DNA of 62,983 bases, filler included, from Rhabdomonas costata (taxonomy: Eukaryota): assembly GCA_019059605.1 (NCBI GenBank). It is 52 parts of 52 records of this genome, joined end to end, with 100 filler letters (N's around TTAATTAATTAA, not from the genome) between each part and the next. Parts side by side here need not be neighbours in the genome. Positions count along the whole stretch, not along the records: positions 58,242 to 59,354 come from JAHMHO010027950.1; positions 59,455 to 60,566 come from JAHMHO010027951.1; positions 60,667 to 61,779 come from JAHMHO010027952.1; positions 61,880 to 62,983 come from JAHMHO010027953.1; 48 more parts are not named here. One strand, 5' to 3'. The notes below the pieces were generated by a model, which saw only the letters and a list, made by a program, of their open reading frames with translations, did not search any database and had not been told where the DNA came from. Each line of letters starts with the position of its first letter. The first letter of the stretch is position 1. The position numbers and the translations under genes were made by a program. Of the stretch, positions 58,701-62,983 are shown piece by piece.

Positions 58701-61700
58701 ACACCGGAATTTCCTCCTCTTTTGATGCATGGGTTTTGCGACAAATCGCGAACCTTTATCTCCCGGATGTAATCACCCCACTTTATTGATACGTATATAA
58801 AGTTGGGCACACAGGAAACATTTTGAAATACTTTGTTGTTTGGGGCGTCGTGCGGACAGTTGAATGCTCGAAAAACCAGGGTGGAAGCGCACCAAAGGAA
58901 AGTTGAGGCATTTGAACTGGGTTTGCTGGCTTGTAGTTCCGTTCCCGTGAAGCCACGGCGGTTGGCAACCTAGGCAACCGCAACCGCAACCGCAACGGAC
59001 GATTATTTTTTCTTGTACTGAGTGTTGTGTGTTGTGTGTGTGGCGGGGGGGCGGTTACCCCGCACCATTGGTATCCGGGGTTGGCCTGTTTTTATGAGTG
59101 ATGGAAGCTAACCCTAATTAATTAGAAACCTGGGTATTAATGTTAGATCAGCTTTGCACGGTCAAGTTGCGAATGCACGTGTCCCCTGGGATTCCAATGA
59201 AAGCCGATGATTTCTGGATACCTTGGATACCAATCCAAGGTATCCTGGGGATTGAAAGTTAGATCACTTAATACGTTGGGGCTTTTGGACAGTACCAGTG
59301 GTACCACCAGTACCCGGGTACCACTGGTGCCGGGTACCTCCACACACACAACCCNNNNNNNNNNNNNNNNNNNNNNNNNNNNNNNNNNNNNNNNNNNNTT
59401 AATTAATTAANNNNNNNNNNNNNNNNNNNNNNNNNNNNNNNNNNNNNNNNNNNNGGGTTGTGTGGGAAGGAATTGGCTCTCCTTCTCTCAAAGCACGGGT
59501 TTGCACTCACTAAGAATACTCAAGAGAAGCGTTGGGGCGGGGAGCGGGGGATGAGCGTAACCACTAAATTGAGGAAATCCACCCTTCCATTTCCTTTGCC
59601 GCGCGTGACGCCTGCGGATGGAAAGAAACTTATTTCCTTTATTGTCCTCCTGACCTGTCTCAAAGGCGGGTGTACTTTGTAGTCCTTGTTGTTGGGAAGG
59701 ATTAGGGAACCACCCCCAGCATCCTCTTCCGGCTCACCATAGGAAGCAACACCTTCCTTTCTCCGCGGCAATCCAGTATCATTGAGCCTTTCGCCCCGCA
59801 ATCTTAAGGAAACGCGTCCTCACTTCGGGGTAGGCTGGGGTGCTAGGGCACCACGACACGGACCCCGCTGGGAGGGTGGTGCAGCACAAGCTGGAAGCGA
59901 GTGGGATGCGGTGGGGACCATGGAAGCCCCACCACACAGCCTGGCGGCAGGGGGGTAGGCACACCCTCCAGGACGAGCTTGCCGTCCACCTCGCAGCGAC
60001 CCGAGGGATCGAGCAGGAAGGCCTGGTCACACCAAGGTCCCGTGATGCGAGGGAGCTTAACGCTCTATTGAGGGACCTGCCTTATGCACCCCCAGGATTC
60101 CGCTTCGTGGAATTCTGAGTTCTAGGGGTAATTGCGAATGTAAAAGCAGAGTGGCATGAGTGCATTTCCGTTTGAAACTGACACTCACTACATCAGAAAT
60201 GGACCTGCGCTCGTCAGTCACAACCTGGCAGCAGCAGCGCACAACCAGACCCAAGAAAACGCACCGTAACCCAAACCAAACGACAGATGGGGTAGTAGCA
60301 AGATTGCAGAAAACCAAAAAGTGCTGTTCTGTTTCCCAATAACCGTGACATGAATCGCTCGTAACCGCGGTACGACAGAACATCTCACCCTTTCGCGGCG
60401 GTTGAAACCTGCTCCAGCTCAGGGTCATAGTGCAGACTGCACGGGCCGTTGCCGCAGAGACAGGGCGGCTGGGTCGCAACCCCTGTGGAGCTACCATCCC
60501 CTGAGGCTGGGGTGACGCCCTCCGCGCTCTCGAGAGTGACGGGGGAGCCCAAAAGCTCCACCACACNNNNNNNNNNNNNNNNNNNNNNNNNNNNNNNNNN
60601 NNNNNNNNNNTTAATTAATTAANNNNNNNNNNNNNNNNNNNNNNNNNNNNNNNNNNNNNNNNNNNNGTTTTGGGGTCTTCAATATGCGATTTTTTATCAG
60701 GACAACTTGTTGTCCTAAAACCGAGAAGCAAAAGCAGCAAAAATGCAAAAAAAAAGGGGGGGGGTACAGGCAAATTGACGGCAGCAGGGAGCAGGAACCT
60801 TTCCCAAAGGGAAGAAAGACACGTCGTTCTTCTTCATCAGTTCGGACACGTAGGACTCCTATACGTGAGGCAAGGGCAGCGATGATGCCACAGACACTTC
60901 ACACAACAGCCTGGTTCTGCAGCCTTAACTGCAAATAAAACGGCAAAAAAAGCGGCACACAGCCAATGGCAAGGTCCGGCCAATGCCCGGCTTAATGCCG
61001 AAACAGACCAAAGCCAGGTCTCGGCACATTCTGGAGGTATCACGTGGCCAGATGATTGAAGCAGCATTACGGAAAACAAAATCATGGCTGCAACTTCTTT
61101 TCCATTCCATCAGAGGGTTCAGGAGGGTGGAGAAAGGATAGAAGATTTCGAGCACGAGAGATATCAATTGCATCTTGATGCCCCCCACTTTGCGCCCTCT
61201 TTCCGTTACACCTTTCTCATTTAGCGGCCACGGAAACTTGTCATAATACGATAGATTTTTTTTAAAGGAATAGTAATACAGGAAGTAAAGGGCATGTCCG
61301 CACAAACGGAGTGCCAATAGTACGGTAGTAGTACGGTAATAGTACTGCGCACCCCGCAAGCTTTAGTCGCGAAAAAATACATTTACATTTGTTGTTTCTC
61401 AAGACTCTGATCAACAACATCCCAGGCCCATCATTGAGGTGGTGACTCCCCTCCGGGCCTTTTGTTTTTTGTCACCAGGTCTGAGCCGGTAGCCAGAAGA
61501 GAGAGAGAGAGGCGCTGCTCCGGCCCAGGCCTTTCTCATTTATATTGACTTCTGGTCAGTCCTTTTCTGTACATTATTGATGCAAACAGTAGTGCAGTGA
61601 AACATATCGGGACTGCTTTCCTACAGAAATCAGTGTCATGCAAACAGCATGCAGCAAACAACACACACGGAACAAGAAAGAGATGAGAAGCCGGGAGTTG

Positions 61701-62091
61701 GTACGGGAAACGTGTGCAGAGCTCAGATTTGGAGGAAAGCACTCTGCTTTCTTCTGACAGCGAATCCATGGTACTCGAANNNNNNNNNNNNNNNNNNNNN
61801 NNNNNNNNNNNNNNNNNNNNNNNTTAATTAATTAANNNNNNNNNNNNNNNNNNNNNNNNNNNNNNNNNNNNNNNNNNNNGGGATTGGGTATGCAATCCTG
61901 AAGGAGTGCGCTGCGTTGTAAACCAGTGAGCCAATGGAATATCGACCATCTCAAAATGCCCGCCACCTGGAGGGCTGGGAAGTTGAGATGCTTGGCTCAT
62001 ACATTCGGACGCGTTCCATTGTGTGCAAATCCTACTGCTCAGGCCCCCCAGACTTCGCACCCCCAATCCACCACTTCTTCTTTTTGATGAC

Positions 62092-62227
62092 CTGGAGGGG
62101 CCCGCAGGTGGGCATTGATCTGCTCAATTAGGCGGTCGAAGATTCCCTTGTACAGCGCCTTGCACAGGGCGTCGCGGCGGTCCCCTGCGATGGCCGCGGT
62201 CAGTGGGGTGACGTAGAGCGCAGTCTC
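62092..62227 (-). CDS. Myosin motor domain exon
   Basis: TPLTAAIAGDRRDALCKALYKGIFDRLIEQINAHL fits the myosin head motif A...RDALAKALY..LF.WLV..IN..L. GTGCAG acceptor and CAG|GT donor. Confidence 0.88.
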
Positions 62228-62554
62228 CTGCACAGAGGGGACACATCGTGTGTGTGTGTGTGTGGTGGGCGAAGGTCTCTGTGCGAGATTGACTCTAGGT
62301 TGCTATGCAGGATCCCAGTGAAAATTTACTAATATTTCGCCATGAGCACGAGGCCCACCGCAGAAAGGCGGAGTAACAAAGTCCATTCAACGGGCCAAAA
62401 GGGGGCAGCGACAGCTCGGGACATGTTTTCGGATGCTCTGACGCGGATTCTCACTCGCTGGAGGTCCACTTTATATAGAGCCCATGGAATGAACAGAAAG
62501 TTAATGGAACGAGGTTTACATTCACGTCTGCTTTGACCTATCAAAAGTTAAATT

Positions 62555-62975
62555 TCATATTTCATTTCCTGTCCTATGTTGAGGTTTGCGTAGGGAACGG
62601 ACAAGTCGAGCTTGATGATTGAGGCCTTCTCGAGCTTCCAAGGCTCCGAGAGCTCTTCCTTCACACCTCCACATATGCCTTCACACCTCCACATATGCAG
62701 CAATCCTATAGCTTTTTCCGCAGCGGGTACCCCAACGGTGAATCCTGGTTAGCCATCCAGTACGGTATCGTGGAGGTGGAGTACGTTGAGTGGTCGATTG
62801 TAGGTCAAAGCCTCCCAAGCGGTGACCTCCCGATTGACGCGTCTTCATTAGGTCGTGAATTTGTGTGTATGGACATCAGCAAACCGATGGGACGGTTCAG
62901 AGATATACGTAAATCAATGGTGTATGTATCCGGGAGGTGCGTTAGACCACGTTTATCAGACCAGGTTCGAAAGAC
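62555..62975 (-). mobile_element. Possible degenerate restriction-like-endonuclease end of a non-LTR retrotransposon
   Basis: Broken frames read FEPGLINV...IDxTYISEPSHRFADVHTHKFTT*...GFTVGVPAA, resembling PD..D..K..Y and f.VG. Contains stops, frameshifts and a 20-bp tandem duplication (62658-62697). Confidence 0.35.
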
Positions 62976-62983
62976 CCAAAACC

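Larger units (their letters stand above)
1..62983. other. Concatenation of ~52 short contigs (~1.11 kb) separated by 100-nt artificial spacers
   Basis: A spacer of N-run + TTAATTAATTAA (stops in all six frames) + N-run recurs about every 1.21 kb, first at 1114-1213. Contig lengths are near-identical, which suggests a size-sorted assembly. Confidence 0.98.

Noticed and set aside
1114..61879. Regularly spaced TTAATTAATTAA as a CRISPR-like or tandem array
   Set aside because: It is always embedded in N-runs and is an artificial six-frame stop linker.

Overview
This window is not one locus. It is about 52 unrelated contigs of ~1.11 kb, joined by 100-nt spacers (N-run + TTAATTAATTAA + N-run), so no gene context crosses a spacer. 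The DNA is from an intron-rich eukaryote with short GC3-rich exons and GT-AG introns of ~165-480 nt. It is probably a free-living protist; a euglenid is my guess and cannot be shown from this sequence. Many contig ends carry G/T-only or C/A-only tails resembling a whole-genome-amplification primer. Recognisable gene fragments: TOR kinase (3 exons), RMD1/DUF155 protein, WASHC4/SWIP (2 exons), a P-loop GTPase with an atypical G3 motif, EF-hand proteins, a hybrid histidine kinase HATPase exon and a separate receiver-domain exon, LRR protein(s), an SF3A1-like ubiquitin-like domain and a myosin motor exon. Mobile-element remnants: Ty3/gypsy-type gag, a Merlin/IS1595-type transposase end, a possible RLE-type non-LTR relic, tRNA-like A/B-box elements and a MITE-like dispersed repeat. 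No multi-gene novel system can be shown from such fragments. The best leads are a multi-CxxC protein restored by a predicted intron, the NIPG GTPase, the divergent tRNA-like pair and the two-component signalling fragments.
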